NCBI GenBank assembly: GCA_023485845.1
Contig: JAMCZE010000014.1
Location: forward strand, 1-63,991
Origin: Patescibacteria group bacterium
GTDB taxonomy: Bacteria; Patescibacteriota; Microgenomatia; JAMCZE01
Length of the DNA: 63,991 bases
Direction: 5' to 3'
The notes under the pieces are model-generated. The model did no database searches. It was not told the origin of the DNA and was given only the letters and a program-made list of their open reading frames with translations. The position numbers were made by a program, and so were the translations under genes. This document shows positions 20,151 through 28,993 of the stretch, piece by piece. Each line of letters starts with the position of its first letter. The stretch's first letter is position 1.

Positions 20151-21538
20151 GAGATTCTCGGAAACAATGGGTCACCACTTTTGATTTTTCCGGAAAACTG
20201 TTGCTGGATTTTTTGCGCCGTTTCCGGAAGGAAGGGCTGCAAATTGTATGCAATTTGGCAAATTTGCGGAATAATTTTTTGCAGAAATTCCGTCAGCTTT
20301 TCTCCTTCCAGCTTCCAAGGCTCATTGCTGTCAATTAATGCGTCGGCCGCGGTAATCTTCTGCCAAATAAATTCTAAGGCCAAATCTACCCGGAAACCAT
20401 TGAGATGAGAAATAACTTCAGGTTCTAGGTTATAGGTTCTAGGTTCTAGATGAAGATCAACTTTCTCCGCTAATTTTGCCACCCGAGCGACTAAGTTTCC
20501 CAGCCCATTGGCCAGGTCAGCATTATAAACTTCCTTCAATTTCTCCCAGGTAATGTCCACGTCGTTGGTCAGCGGGCCGTAGCGCAGGAAGAAATAGCGC
20601 ACACCGTCAGTGGTGTATTTCTTTGTTAGATCCGACGGCAAAATGACATTGCCCAGTGACTTGCTAATCCGCTGGCCACCGAGAGAATAGAAATCATGAA
20701 CCAGGATAGTTTTTGGCAACTGGTAGCCGGCGGATTTTAACATTGCCGGCCAATAGATGGCATGAAATCGCTGGTTGTCCTTTCCCAAAACATGGACATC
20801 AGCCGGCCAACAGTTTTCCTCCACACCGTATGTCAAATAATTTATTAAGGCATCGAACCAGACGTAGATGACGTGATTGGGATCATCGGGGACAGGAATT
20901 CCCCAGGATAGGTTCTTTTTTAGCCGACTGACGGAGAAATCCTTCAGACCGCCCCTAATAAAACTAAGGATTTCCTCCCTTTTCTTGTCCGGCCACACAA
21001 ATTCGGGGTGCTCAAGAATATATTTTTCTAACCAATCTTGATATTTTGATAACCGGAAAAAATAGTTTTCTTCCGTTAAATGTTGAATTTCTTTGGACGG
21101 GTGGAAAGGACACTTGCCGTTGACTAGGTCCTTCTTCTCATAATAGGCTTCGCATCCCTCGCAATAGAGACCTTCATACTTGTTTAGATAAATATCGCCG
21201 GCGGCTTTGGATTTCAGATAAAATTCCTGGGCAAATTTTTTATGGTCCTTGTCAGTTGTCCGGATGAAACGATCATAGGAGATGTTAAGATTTTTCCATT
21301 GCTTTTTGTCTTTGGCGGAAATTTCATCGACAAATTCTTGTGGATCAATCCCGCGGGACTTGGCGCTTTTTTCATTTTTTTGTCCATATTCATCTGTTCC
21401 GGTCAGGAAATGGGTCTGGTCGCCAAGCAGGCGATGGTAGCGTGCCAGAGAGTCGGCCAGGATTTTCTGATAGGCATGACCGATGTGAATCACGTCGTTG
21501 GTGTAGTCAATAGCGGTAGTGATGTAAAATTTATTCAT
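20147..21538 (-). CDS. metG: Methionyl-tRNA synthetase (short form)
   Basis: Motifs HIGH, TGTDEYGQK, Zn knuckle CEGC..CPFH, YVWFDALINY and ISKSLGN. Confidence 0.97.
   Translation of the reverse strand: MNKFYITTAIDYTNDVIHIGHAYQKILADSLARYHRLLGDQTHFLTGTDEYGQKNEKSAKSRGIDPQEFVDEISAKDKKQWKNLNISYDRFIRTTDKDHKKFAQEFYLKSKAAGDIYLNKYEGLYCEGCEAYYEKKDLVNGKCPFHPSKEIQHLTEENYFFRLSKYQDWLEKYILEHPEFVWPDKKREEILSFIRGGLKDFSVSRLKKNLSWGIPVPDDPNHVIYVWFDALINYLTYGVEENCWPADVHVLGKDNQRFHAIYWPAMLKSAGYQLPKTILVHDFYSLGGQRISKSLGNVILPSDLTKKYTTDGVRYFFLRYGPLTNDVDITWEKLKEVYNADLANGLGNLVARVAKLAEKVDLHLEPRTYNLEPEVISHLNGFRVDLALEFIWQKITAADALIDSNEPWKLEGEKLTEFLQKIIPQICQIAYNLQPFLPETAQKIQQQFSGKIKSGDPLFPRIS
20420..20450. repeat. Heptamer tandem array inside metG
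   Basis: aggttct aggttat aggttct aggttct aga, encoding LEPRTYNLEP. Confidence 0.85.
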
Positions 21539-21819
21539 TTTTTAGCTAGATATAGCGCCAATAATACCAAAAATACCACAAAGAGTGCCAGGTTGAAGAG
21601 GGTTAAGAGGCTGACGGCTTTAAGAAAAAGCAAAAAGGAAACAGCTAGGGAAAGTAGCAGCGATTTATCAACGTCTAAAAATAAACTTAAAAACAATAGT
21701 AAGGCGATAAATAGCAGCAAACCAAGAAACACAATGTTGCCCAACTCCGGCGGCGTTTGAAAAATTAGGTAGCCAAGACTGGCAAGACAGGCCACCAGGA
21801 CGATTACTTTTGCCGACAA
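21535..21819 (-). CDS. Small polytopic membrane protein (start uncertain)
   Basis: Three to four hydrophobic helices. The stop overlaps the metG start. Confidence 0.7.
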   Translation of the reverse strand: MSAKVIVLVACLASLGYLIFQTPPELGNIVFLGLLLFIALLLFLSLFLDVDKSLLLSLAVSFLLFLKAVSLLTLFNLALFVVFLVLLALYLAKK

Positions 21820-21850
21820 AACATATTTTTGCAGCCGGCGCAGTGCTACA

Positions 21851-22744
21851 ATGATCTTGGTGGACGAAAGTGTCATCATCATTATCATAGCACTGGTCAT
21901 TGCTACGGCGACGATTATTTACTTTTTACGGCCCAGAAAGGATGCCACCTTGGTTCAGTGGCTTGCTTCAATGGATAAGCGGTTGGACTATCAAACTCAG
22001 CAAATCCTGCAATCACAACGGACAATCGGGGAGATGAGCGAAATCGGCAAGTCCATGAAAGACCTGCAGGAATTTTTAGTTTCGCCGAAGCTGCGCGGTG
22101 GTCTTGGTGAGCAAGTTCTCAAGGAGCTTTTGACCCAAAGTTTGCCCAAACAAAGTTTTAATTTGCAATACACGTTTGCCTCTGGGGTTCGAGTGGACGC
22201 AGCCATTAAAACCACTTCCGGCATTATTCCCATTGATTCCAAATTCACTATGGAAAACTTCAAAAAAATGCACCAGGACAAATCCTTCGAAAAAGATTTT
22301 GTTCGCGATGTTAAGGCCCGGATTGACGAAGTTGCTGGCAAATACATTTTGCCGGATGAAGGGACGGTGGATTTTGCCCTAATGTATGTTCCCAGCGAGG
22401 CGGTTTATTATGAAATTGTTAACAGCGAAGCAGGGCTGATGGATTATGCCTACAAGCAGCGGGTCATGCCCGTTTCCCCCTCCACTTTCTATGCCTTTTT
22501 GCGCTCTATTCTGTTGTCTTTTGAAGGTCAGAAGATTGCCGCGGAAATTAAAACTATTCAGCAGGCTCTGCGGGCAATCCGCACGGAAACTTCTAAATTT
22601 GGAGAGCTGCTGGCCACTCTTCAAACCCACGTTAACAATTCTTATTCCATAATGTCCCGCATTTCCACTTCCTTTGCCAATTTGTCTTCTAAGGTGGATA
22701 ATGTCCAATCTCTTGGCGCCGGAGAAAAAACTAAAGAAACTTGA
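21851..22744 (+). CDS. rmuC: RmuC family protein
   Basis: Motifs PKLRGGLGE, RVDA..IPIDSKF, KYILPDEGTVDFALMYVPSEAVY and SPST. GTG at 21860 is an alternative start. Confidence 0.92.
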   Translation: MILVDESVIIIIIALVIATATIIYFLRPRKDATLVQWLASMDKRLDYQTQQILQSQRTIGEMSEIGKSMKDLQEFLVSPKLRGGLGEQVLKELLTQSLPKQSFNLQYTFASGVRVDAAIKTTSGIIPIDSKFTMENFKKMHQDKSFEKDFVRDVKARIDEVAGKYILPDEGTVDFALMYVPSEAVYYEIVNSEAGLMDYAYKQRVMPVSPSTFYAFLRSILLSFEGQKIAAEIKTIQQALRAIRTETSKFGELLATLQTHVNNSYSIMSRISTSFANLSSKVDNVQSLGAGEKTKET

Positions 22745-23195
22745 AAGTGGAAAGAATATCGGGATCTGGGGATGGGAATTCGGAGAGTGAACCTTTTGCC
22801 TGAAGGTTATATCGCATACTAATTTCGTAACCTTTTCCGTTCTTAATCACAAAAATCGTGACAGTTGATCCACCAGCCTGTTTGCTGTAGGGAGTAACGG
22901 CCTTTATGGCGTCTAAGCCGTCAAACTTTATTTTGGTTTTTTCTGTATAAACGGTGTTGTTCGTAATGAACTCCTCAAAAGAAGTTGTGACAACGGGTGT
23001 TACTTGAAATAAATCAATATTCCCCGAGGCACAATTGTTATCTTTTCTTGCCCAGGGGCACATGACATAGTGTTGGCCCAAAATCCAACCTTTTGGGTAT
23101 GAAAACGAATAATCTCCCTCGCTACTTACATAGCTACTTACATATGTCATATGTTTCCAATTTGCCATCTCTGCAGAATCAGTTGAATCTCTTTT

Positions 23196-23727
23196 AGGGT
23201 TCATTCCCCGCGGCTTTGCCGCGAGAGGGTAAAATTGTATGCGTGAGTATCTACATACACAAAGCGCACAATGTCTCGGTGCTTTTGTACCATCTGGTTT
23301 GTGTGGCCAAGGGAAGGCAACTCGTGATCTCGACAGAGGTGGATGCCCAACTAAAACAGATCTGTCAGGAAATTTCCCAAAGGTACGAGATGCATTTTGT
23401 GGAGATTGGGGCCGACGGTGATCATGTCCATTTTTTGATCCAGTCAGTGCCTACATATTCTCCTACCAAAATTGCCAGAACGGTCAAAAGTATCCTGGCC
23501 CGGGAACTTCTCAAACGAGTTGCCGGGTTGAGGGAAAGCCTTTGGGGAGCCCAGTTTTGGACTGACGGGTATTTCGTAAATTCAGTAGGACGAAGCAATT
23601 CTGAGACAGTCATCCAAAAGTACATCAGAAACCAAGGAAGACCAAAAGACTATGTCCAAATATCAAAAGACCAACTCAGGCTATTTTAGCAATGCAGATG
23701 CCTCGCAGCTTGCTGCGAGGAGTGTCA
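23196..23727 (+). mobile_element. IS200/IS605-family IS (tnpA only); left boundary approximate
   Basis: Left hairpin cgcggc-ttt-gccgcg (23209-23223), right hairpin at 23701-23720, ends in gtgtca. A second identical end is at the window start. Confidence 0.9.
23243..23689 (+). CDS. tnpA: IS200-type Y1 (HUH) transposase
   Basis: Motifs LLYHLV, HUH DHVH, FWTDGYFV and catalytic IQKYIRNQ. GTG start at 23243 is inferred. Confidence 0.95.
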   Translation: MSIYIHKAHNVSVLLYHLVCVAKGRQLVISTEVDAQLKQICQEISQRYEMHFVEIGADGDHVHFLIQSVPTYSPTKIARTVKSILARELLKRVAGLRESLWGAQFWTDGYFVNSVGRSNSETVIQKYIRNQGRPKDYVQISKDQLRLF

Positions 23728-24017
23728 CTTGGAGCTAGTGGTCGGTGGCTGCAGGTTTTTCTTTTCTGCGTCGCTGATTGGTTGGGTGACTTCCCTGCCG
23801 TCCGAAGTCACGCACCGTCCGGGATACATTAAAAGCATTCTGACACCGGGAATTTTGATGCATTCATCCCAGGTCAGTGGTCCATTATTGATGTTCTGTT
23901 GTCTTTGCCACCATAAAATCCCTCCGGTGGCTAGCAAAACAACTGCCATGCAGATCAAGGTCAAAAGCAAAATGTTGCCTCTTGAGGAACGCATGACTTC
24001 ATCATACAGGACAAGGA

Positions 24018-24245
24018 CTAGGCTTTCAATAATTGAAGGTATCTGTTTCTGGAAATTCCGGCAGTGCGAAGATTATTAAGGACAATGAAAACCGGGATTT
24101 CGCTATACATTGGAATAACGACCGGGCGAATTGCGCCGGGTTTCTTATAAACTAGATGGTCGCCCTTTTGGTGGGAGAATTTCCAGCCGTCTTTTTCAAA
24201 AACCTTGCACAGGACTCGGTAGTGGGGCGGTTTCAGGCTAGCCAT
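24018..24245 (-). CDS. hicA: HicA-family toxin
   Basis: GWKFSHQKGDHLVYKKPG..PVVIP. Confidence 0.88.
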   Translation of the reverse strand: MASLKPPHYRVLCKVFEKDGWKFSHQKGDHLVYKKPGAIRPVVIPMYSEIPVFIVLNNLRTAGISRNRYLQLLKA

Positions 24246-24547
24246 TGCATCTGGGATTTTAATTGTTTGGGAACCTGAAAGAAAAATGGTTCAAAACTGA
24301 CTTTCGGACGAGTCAGGTGGTGTCCGCTTTTGTTATAACCAACTGACTCCAAATATTCTCCGAGCGTCCCCTCTTTGGCTGCTTCTTCCAAAATAATCTC
24401 AATGGCTTCCCTAAGCATTTCGCGGGCCTTGTCCTCTGTTTTCCCGCAGGAGGAAATATCCAGTTCCGGACAATAGGCCACATATGGCGCGTCCCCGGAA
24501 GAGTTATCAAAAATAATTTTTGTGGTGATGGGTAAAGTCAAAGACAT
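24233..24547 (-). CDS. hicB: HicB-family antitoxin (hicB before hicA)
   Basis: YVAYCPELDISSCGKTEDKAREMLREAI. Confidence 0.85.
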   Translation of the reverse strand: MSLTLPITTKIIFDNSSGDAPYVAYCPELDISSCGKTEDKAREMLREAIEIILEEAAKEGTLGEYLESVGYNKSGHHLTRPKVSFEPFFFQVPKQLKSQMQWLA

Positions 24548-24583
24548 AAAGTCATTATACTACATTGGGGTATAATCGGGGCG

Positions 24584-27364
24584 ATGGCAAACGAAAAGAA
24601 GATTCTTAACCCCCAGCAACAGAAGGCCGTGGAACATAAAGACGGGCCGCTGCTGATTGTGGCCGGGGCGGGGACGGGGAAAACCACTGTCGTTACGGAA
24701 AGAATTAAGTGGTTAATTGGCAAAGATTTGGCTAAGCCGGAGGAAATTTTGGCCCTGACATTTACCGAAAAGGCCGCCCGGGAAATGGAGGAGCGGGTGG
24801 ATCAGACCCTGCCCTATGGGACTTTCGGGATGTGGATTCTAACTTTTCATTCCTTCTGTGATCGAATCTTGCGCGCCGAAGCCCTACACATTGGTTTATC
24901 CCCCCACTATAAACTTCTCACCGAAGCAGAAACCTATTTATTAGTCAAGAAAAATTTCTGGAAATTTGAACTAGACCATTTTCGTCCCAGCGGCAACCCC
25001 TACAAATTCATCGAGGGGATGATCCAGCATTTTTCCCGGCTCAAAGACGAGGACATCAATCCGGAGCAATATAAAAATGATGAATATCTGGAACTGGTTG
25101 GGGCCTACCAGGCTTACGAAAAATTAAAAGTTGATGAAGGGGTGATGGATTTTGCCGACTTAATTTCCAACACTTTGAAACTCTTCCGCCGCTGTCCGGA
25201 GATTCTGGCCCGTTACCAGAAACAATTTAAGTATGTTCTGGTTGACGAGTTTCAGGACACTAATTTTGCCCAAAATGAATTGGTAAAACTGCTCTGTGGC
25301 CAGGCCCAAAATGTCACCGTGGTGGCCGATGATGACCAAAGCATCTACCGCTTCCGGGGGGCAGCGGTGGCCAATGTTTTGCAGTTTAAAAAAGACTTCC
25401 CGGACGCCAAGGTGATTACCTTAACCACTAATTACCGTTCCACTCAGGAGATTCTGGACCGGGCCTATGATTTGATTCAGCACAATAATCCCGATCGGTT
25501 GGAAGTGGCGGAAAAGATAGACAAGAAGTTGGTGTCTGGAATCGGGCCCGCCCCAGTCGGGCCGGGGAATAAGGGAGACAAGATAGAAGTCATTTACACT
25601 GATCGTGTCGAAGAGGAAGCGGAAGCCGTTGTTAAGAAAATTAAAGGCCCAAATTTTAGTGACTACGCAATTTTAGTTCGGGCAAATAATCACAGCGAAC
25701 CGTTTGTCCGGGCGCTGGAGCGGGCGCGGATTCCCTACCAATTTCTTGGCCCCGGCCAGCTTTTTCGCCAAAGCGAGGTGAAAGACCTGGTTGCCTATTT
25801 AAAGGTTCTTTATGACTTCACTGATTCCGTCTCTCTCTATCGAGTTCTCTCGATGGATATTTTTGGCTTTTCCCAGCGGGATTTGATTTGGATTTTGAAT
25901 AAGGCCAAAAGAATTAATCTGTGTCTTTTTGAACAATTAGAAAAAGAGGAAAACGAGAAAATTAAAGAGTTTGTCGCGATGGTTCATCGCCACCAGGAGC
26001 TAATCCCTAAGGAGTCGGCGGGACAGATTCTTTACTATTTTTTGGAGGATTCGGGAATTTTGAAAAGCATCGTTAATTGGGAAATCCGGGCGGCCCAAAA
26101 CATCGCTAAGTTTTTTGACAAGTTAAAATCCTTTGAGTCAACCAATAAGGACGCCGGTGTTTTTGCGACTGTTGACTATCTGGACTTGGCCATGGACATG
26201 GGCGAAAGCCCGCTGGCGGCAGAAACCGACTGGAGCGGCAACAACGCCGTTAATATTTTAACAATCCATTCCGCCAAGGGTCTGGAATTTCCGGTAGTTT
26301 TTTTGGTTAACTTAGTGGAAGGTCGGTTCCCAACGCGGGAACGATCGGAGCAAGTTCCCATCCCGGACAAACTGATTAAAGAGGTTTTGCCCAAAGGCGA
26401 TTTCCACATCGAGGAGGAACGCCGGCTGTTTTATGTCGGCATGACCCGGGCCAAAGAAAAATTAATCTTTTGTGCGGCCAACTTTTACGGGGAAGGGAAG
26501 CGGGAGCGGAAACTCTCACCGTTTGTTCACGAGGCGTTAGGTTCTAGTGATCAGGTTCTGGTGACTAGCAAAGAAAAAGAACAACTACCATTGTTTGAGT
26601 GGACAAAACCAGTTCTAGAACCCCCGGCCCGGCCGGGGCGGGCTAGTCACCAGAACCTAGAACCTTACCACGTCGACTATCTTTCCTATTCCGCTATCCA
26701 GGCTTTTAAGGAGTGCCCGTTGCATTATAAACTGCGCTATATTTTGCGAATTCCCACGCCCACCACCGCGCCGCTGTCGATGGGCAACTCCATCCATTTG
26801 GCCCTGCGGGATTTATACAGAGAACCCGGTGCAAATCTCTTAGAACTTCTGGAGAGAAACTGGGAACCGGCCGGCTACACCAGCAAGAAACACGAGGTCC
26901 AAACCAAAGAAAAGGCCAAAAAATTTCTGACAGAATATCTAAAGAGTGAGATTCATAAAACGGCCAAGCCGCTTTTATTGGAACAGCCGTTTAGTTTTAA
27001 GATAGAAGATCTTAAGATCGGCGGCAAGATTGACCGGGTTGATGATCGGGGAGACGGCGTGGTGGAAATCATTGATTACAAAACCGGGGCCAATGTGCCG
27101 ACCCAAAAAGATATCGATGCCGATTTGCAGATGACCATTTATGCCCTGGCCATGGCCGACCGCTACCTCGTTAATAAAATTAAACTCTCGTTCTACTACT
27201 TTGACACCCAAAGCCAGGTGACAACAATTCGCACCAAAGAACAACTGGAAGAAGCAAAGAAAGAGCTCTTAAGAATCCGTGACGAAATTGAAAAAAGTGA
27301 TTTCCTCTGCTCCGGCTCCATGATGTGTAAAAATTGCGAGTTTAAAATATTATGTAACGGCTAA
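24584..27364 (+). CDS. UvrD-type helicase fused to a PD-(D/E)xK nuclease (AddA/AdnB-like)
   Basis: Full set of SF1 motifs. C-terminal LSYSAI..ECP, GKIDRVD, IIDYKTG, QMTIYA and CKNCEFKILC (Fe-S-type Cys). Confidence 0.92.
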   Translation: MANEKKILNPQQQKAVEHKDGPLLIVAGAGTGKTTVVTERIKWLIGKDLAKPEEILALTFTEKAAREMEERVDQTLPYGTFGMWILTFHSFCDRILRAEALHIGLSPHYKLLTEAETYLLVKKNFWKFELDHFRPSGNPYKFIEGMIQHFSRLKDEDINPEQYKNDEYLELVGAYQAYEKLKVDEGVMDFADLISNTLKLFRRCPEILARYQKQFKYVLVDEFQDTNFAQNELVKLLCGQAQNVTVVADDDQSIYRFRGAAVANVLQFKKDFPDAKVITLTTNYRSTQEILDRAYDLIQHNNPDRLEVAEKIDKKLVSGIGPAPVGPGNKGDKIEVIYTDRVEEEAEAVVKKIKGPNFSDYAILVRANNHSEPFVRALERARIPYQFLGPGQLFRQSEVKDLVAYLKVLYDFTDSVSLYRVLSMDIFGFSQRDLIWILNKAKRINLCLFEQLEKEENEKIKEFVAMVHRHQELIPKESAGQILYYFLEDSGILKSIVNWEIRAAQNIAKFFDKLKSFESTNKDAGVFATVDYLDLAMDMGESPLAAETDWSGNNAVNILTIHSAKGLEFPVVFLVNLVEGRFPTRERSEQVPIPDKLIKEVLPKGDFHIEEERRLFYVGMTRAKEKLIFCAANFYGEGKRERKLSPFVHEALGSSDQVLVTSKEKEQLPLFEWTKPVLEPPARPGRASHQNLEPYHVDYLSYSAIQAFKECPLHYKLRYILRIPTPTTAPLSMGNSIHLALRDLYREPGANLLELLERNWEPAGYTSKKHEVQTKEKAKKFLTEYLKSEIHKTAKPLLLEQPFSFKIEDLKIGGKIDRVDDRGDGVVEIIDYKTGANVPTQKDIDADLQMTIYALAMADRYLVNKIKLSFYYFDTQSQVTTIRTKEQLEEAKKELLRIRDEIEKSDFLCSGSMMCKNCEFKILCNG
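25547..25567. repeat. 21-nt GC-rich element in frame inside the helicase
   Basis: cccgccccagtcgggccgggg. Its reverse complement matches 26622-26642 at 19/21. Confidence 0.75.
26541..26664. repeat. Inverted pair of heptamer arrays with a nested 21-nt GC element in the helicase-nuclease linker
   Basis: 26553-26569 is the perfect reverse complement of 26642-26658. Units are gttctag/tgatcag/gttctgg/tgactag. Confidence 0.8.
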
Positions 27365-28118
27365 AACTTCCCGGATATTCCACGATTTTTCCCCCCCAGC
27401 CCAATTTGAATTTGGTGAAGCCTTGCCAGCGTTTGGTTTGGGAGGAATAGCGGTCGTCGTAGATGCCCTCAAGATCGAGATATTTCAGTCTTTTCTTCTG
27501 GCAGAATTTAATTGCCTCCCACAAGGTGAGATAGGCGGCCCCAAGTTTGCGGCCGGCTGCAGTGTTGGCGGCATACATATAGTGGGCGGTGTCGCCATGC
27601 CAAATTAAGAGACAACCAGCGATAGGAAGTAGGAAAGCAGGAGAGTAGGAAAGCAGGAGAGTGGAACCGGAGGGTTGGAAGGAGCGATAGAGGTTAGTTA
27701 CTTCGTGGCGAATCGGCACGGACCAGTGGCCAATTTTCATCGTCTCCTGCAGCATTTTATAGAAGAGTTCAACATCCTGGCAGGGTTCCACCCTGACATT
27801 GGCCCTTTCCGCCTTTCTAATTTCATAACGGGTGTCCTTGGGTAAATTAATTTTCTTTAAGTCTAGGATTAATGTTTTTGTTGGCAGAAGTGGCCAGGAG
27901 TCTTTTTTAAATCCCGAGATGTTAATTTCTGTCAGTGGTTCAAGTTTGATTAAAAATGGATGGTATTTTTTTAGAATTTCTAAGTTAATGGCGGTCGGAC
28001 GTTGGATTTTGACTAAAGAAGTGAACCAAAGTTTTTTGATAAACGTCCCGCCTTCCACAATCCAGCCCAGCGACTCCATATATTTGGCGTAGTTTGGCGA
28101 TTGGTGAATGTCGGTCAT
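27342..28118 (-). CDS. FemABX-family peptidoglycan bridge peptidyltransferase (GNAT)
   Basis: DIHQSPNYA, TRYEIRKA, WEAIKFC..YLDLEGI and GFTKFKLGWGG. Confidence 0.85.
   Translation of the reverse strand: MTDIHQSPNYAKYMESLGWIVEGGTFIKKLWFTSLVKIQRPTAINLEILKKYHPFLIKLEPLTEINISGFKKDSWPLLPTKTLILDLKKINLPKDTRYEIRKAERANVRVEPCQDVELFYKMLQETMKIGHWSVPIRHEVTNLYRSFQPSGSTLLLSYSPAFLLPIAGCLLIWHGDTAHYMYAANTAAGRKLGAAYLTLWEAIKFCQKKRLKYLDLEGIYDDRYSSQTKRWQGFTKFKLGWGGKIVEYPGSFSRYIIF
27621..27662. repeat. Octamer tandem array inside the first fem gene
   Basis: gtaggaaagcaggaga occurs twice (27629-27660). A related array at 28579-28604 lies in the second fem gene. Confidence 0.78.
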
Positions 28119-28978
28119 CTTAAAAGTTTTCGGAATTTATCGGCCAGGGGGTATAGGGAATATAAGGGGGATAAGGGAATATCAATAGTGGGAGGGAAGT
28201 CGACTTCTTGGCCGCCAAAGCCGGATTTGAAACGGTAGATGCCCCACCAGGGATCCGACTCTTCCGGCTTTTCTTTATAGCTGCCCCACAGATCATAAAC
28301 TTTGCAGCCCAGCTTTTTTCCCAGTTTGATTGCTTCCCAATGGAGAAGGTGCGGGGCCATCATTTCCCGAAATTTCGGGTCAGAGCCGCCATAGGGATAA
28401 TAGAGGGTGTCTTTGTAGCGAAAAAGCATGATGGCTGCCATTGGGAAAGCGGAGAGTAAATAGACCATTTTTGTTGGGCGCAAAATTTCCCAGAGCTTTC
28501 GGTAATAATTTGCCGGGTGGGAATAAAACCCCTGCCGGGATTCCGTTTTTTCCAAAAGATTGATGAAGTCTTCTAAGTCTTTCCTGCTTTCCTGCTCTCT
28601 AACTTGCACTCCCTTTTTTTGCGCCAGCCTGATGTTGTAGCGAGTTTTCTCATGCATGTTGGCCAGCAGCTTTTCTTCTGACTGGTTCAGATCAACATAA
28701 ATAGTATGTTGGGGTAAGACGGAAGCACTTACCGGGAAGCCGGTAGTTTCTCTTAGTGGCTCAACCTTAATAAATAAAGCATTCTCTTTTTTGCAAAGCT
28801 CCTGTAGTTCGGCGTTAATTTTAATGTCCGCCCGGGGAATATAGGCCACAGTGAAAGGCAGGTGGGGGACGCGGTGAATATAGACCAGGGTCTTCCCGAT
28901 TTCCAAGACTTTTTTGACCGTGGGAGTGGCTAGGCGAAACTGGGCCCACTGCTTAGATTGAGTAATATGGTCCGTCAT
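28115..28978 (-). CDS. FemABX-family peptidyltransferase
   Basis: HITQSKQWA, KTRYNIRLAQKKGV, YYPYGGS, YDLWG and GIYRFKSGFGG. Confidence 0.92.
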   Translation of the reverse strand: MTDHITQSKQWAQFRLATPTVKKVLEIGKTLVYIHRVPHLPFTVAYIPRADIKINAELQELCKKENALFIKVEPLRETTGFPVSASVLPQHTIYVDLNQSEEKLLANMHEKTRYNIRLAQKKGVQVREQESRKDLEDFINLLEKTESRQGFYSHPANYYRKLWEILRPTKMVYLLSAFPMAAIMLFRYKDTLYYPYGGSDPKFREMMAPHLLHWEAIKLGKKLGCKVYDLWGSYKEKPEESDPWWGIYRFKSGFGGQEVDFPPTIDIPLSPLYSLYPLADKFRKLLR

Positions 28979-28993
28979 GCTATTCTGATACTA

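Larger units (their letters stand above)
22731..23994 (-). pseudogene. Membrane-anchored PsbP-like protein split by the IS200 insertion (fragments 23725-23994 and 22731-23204)
   Basis: The 5' part has a TM segment and linker and is stopped by a TGA supplied by the IS end. The 3' part carries ANWK...YSFSYPKGW...ILSTFKFL, typical of this CPR family. Confidence 0.78.
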
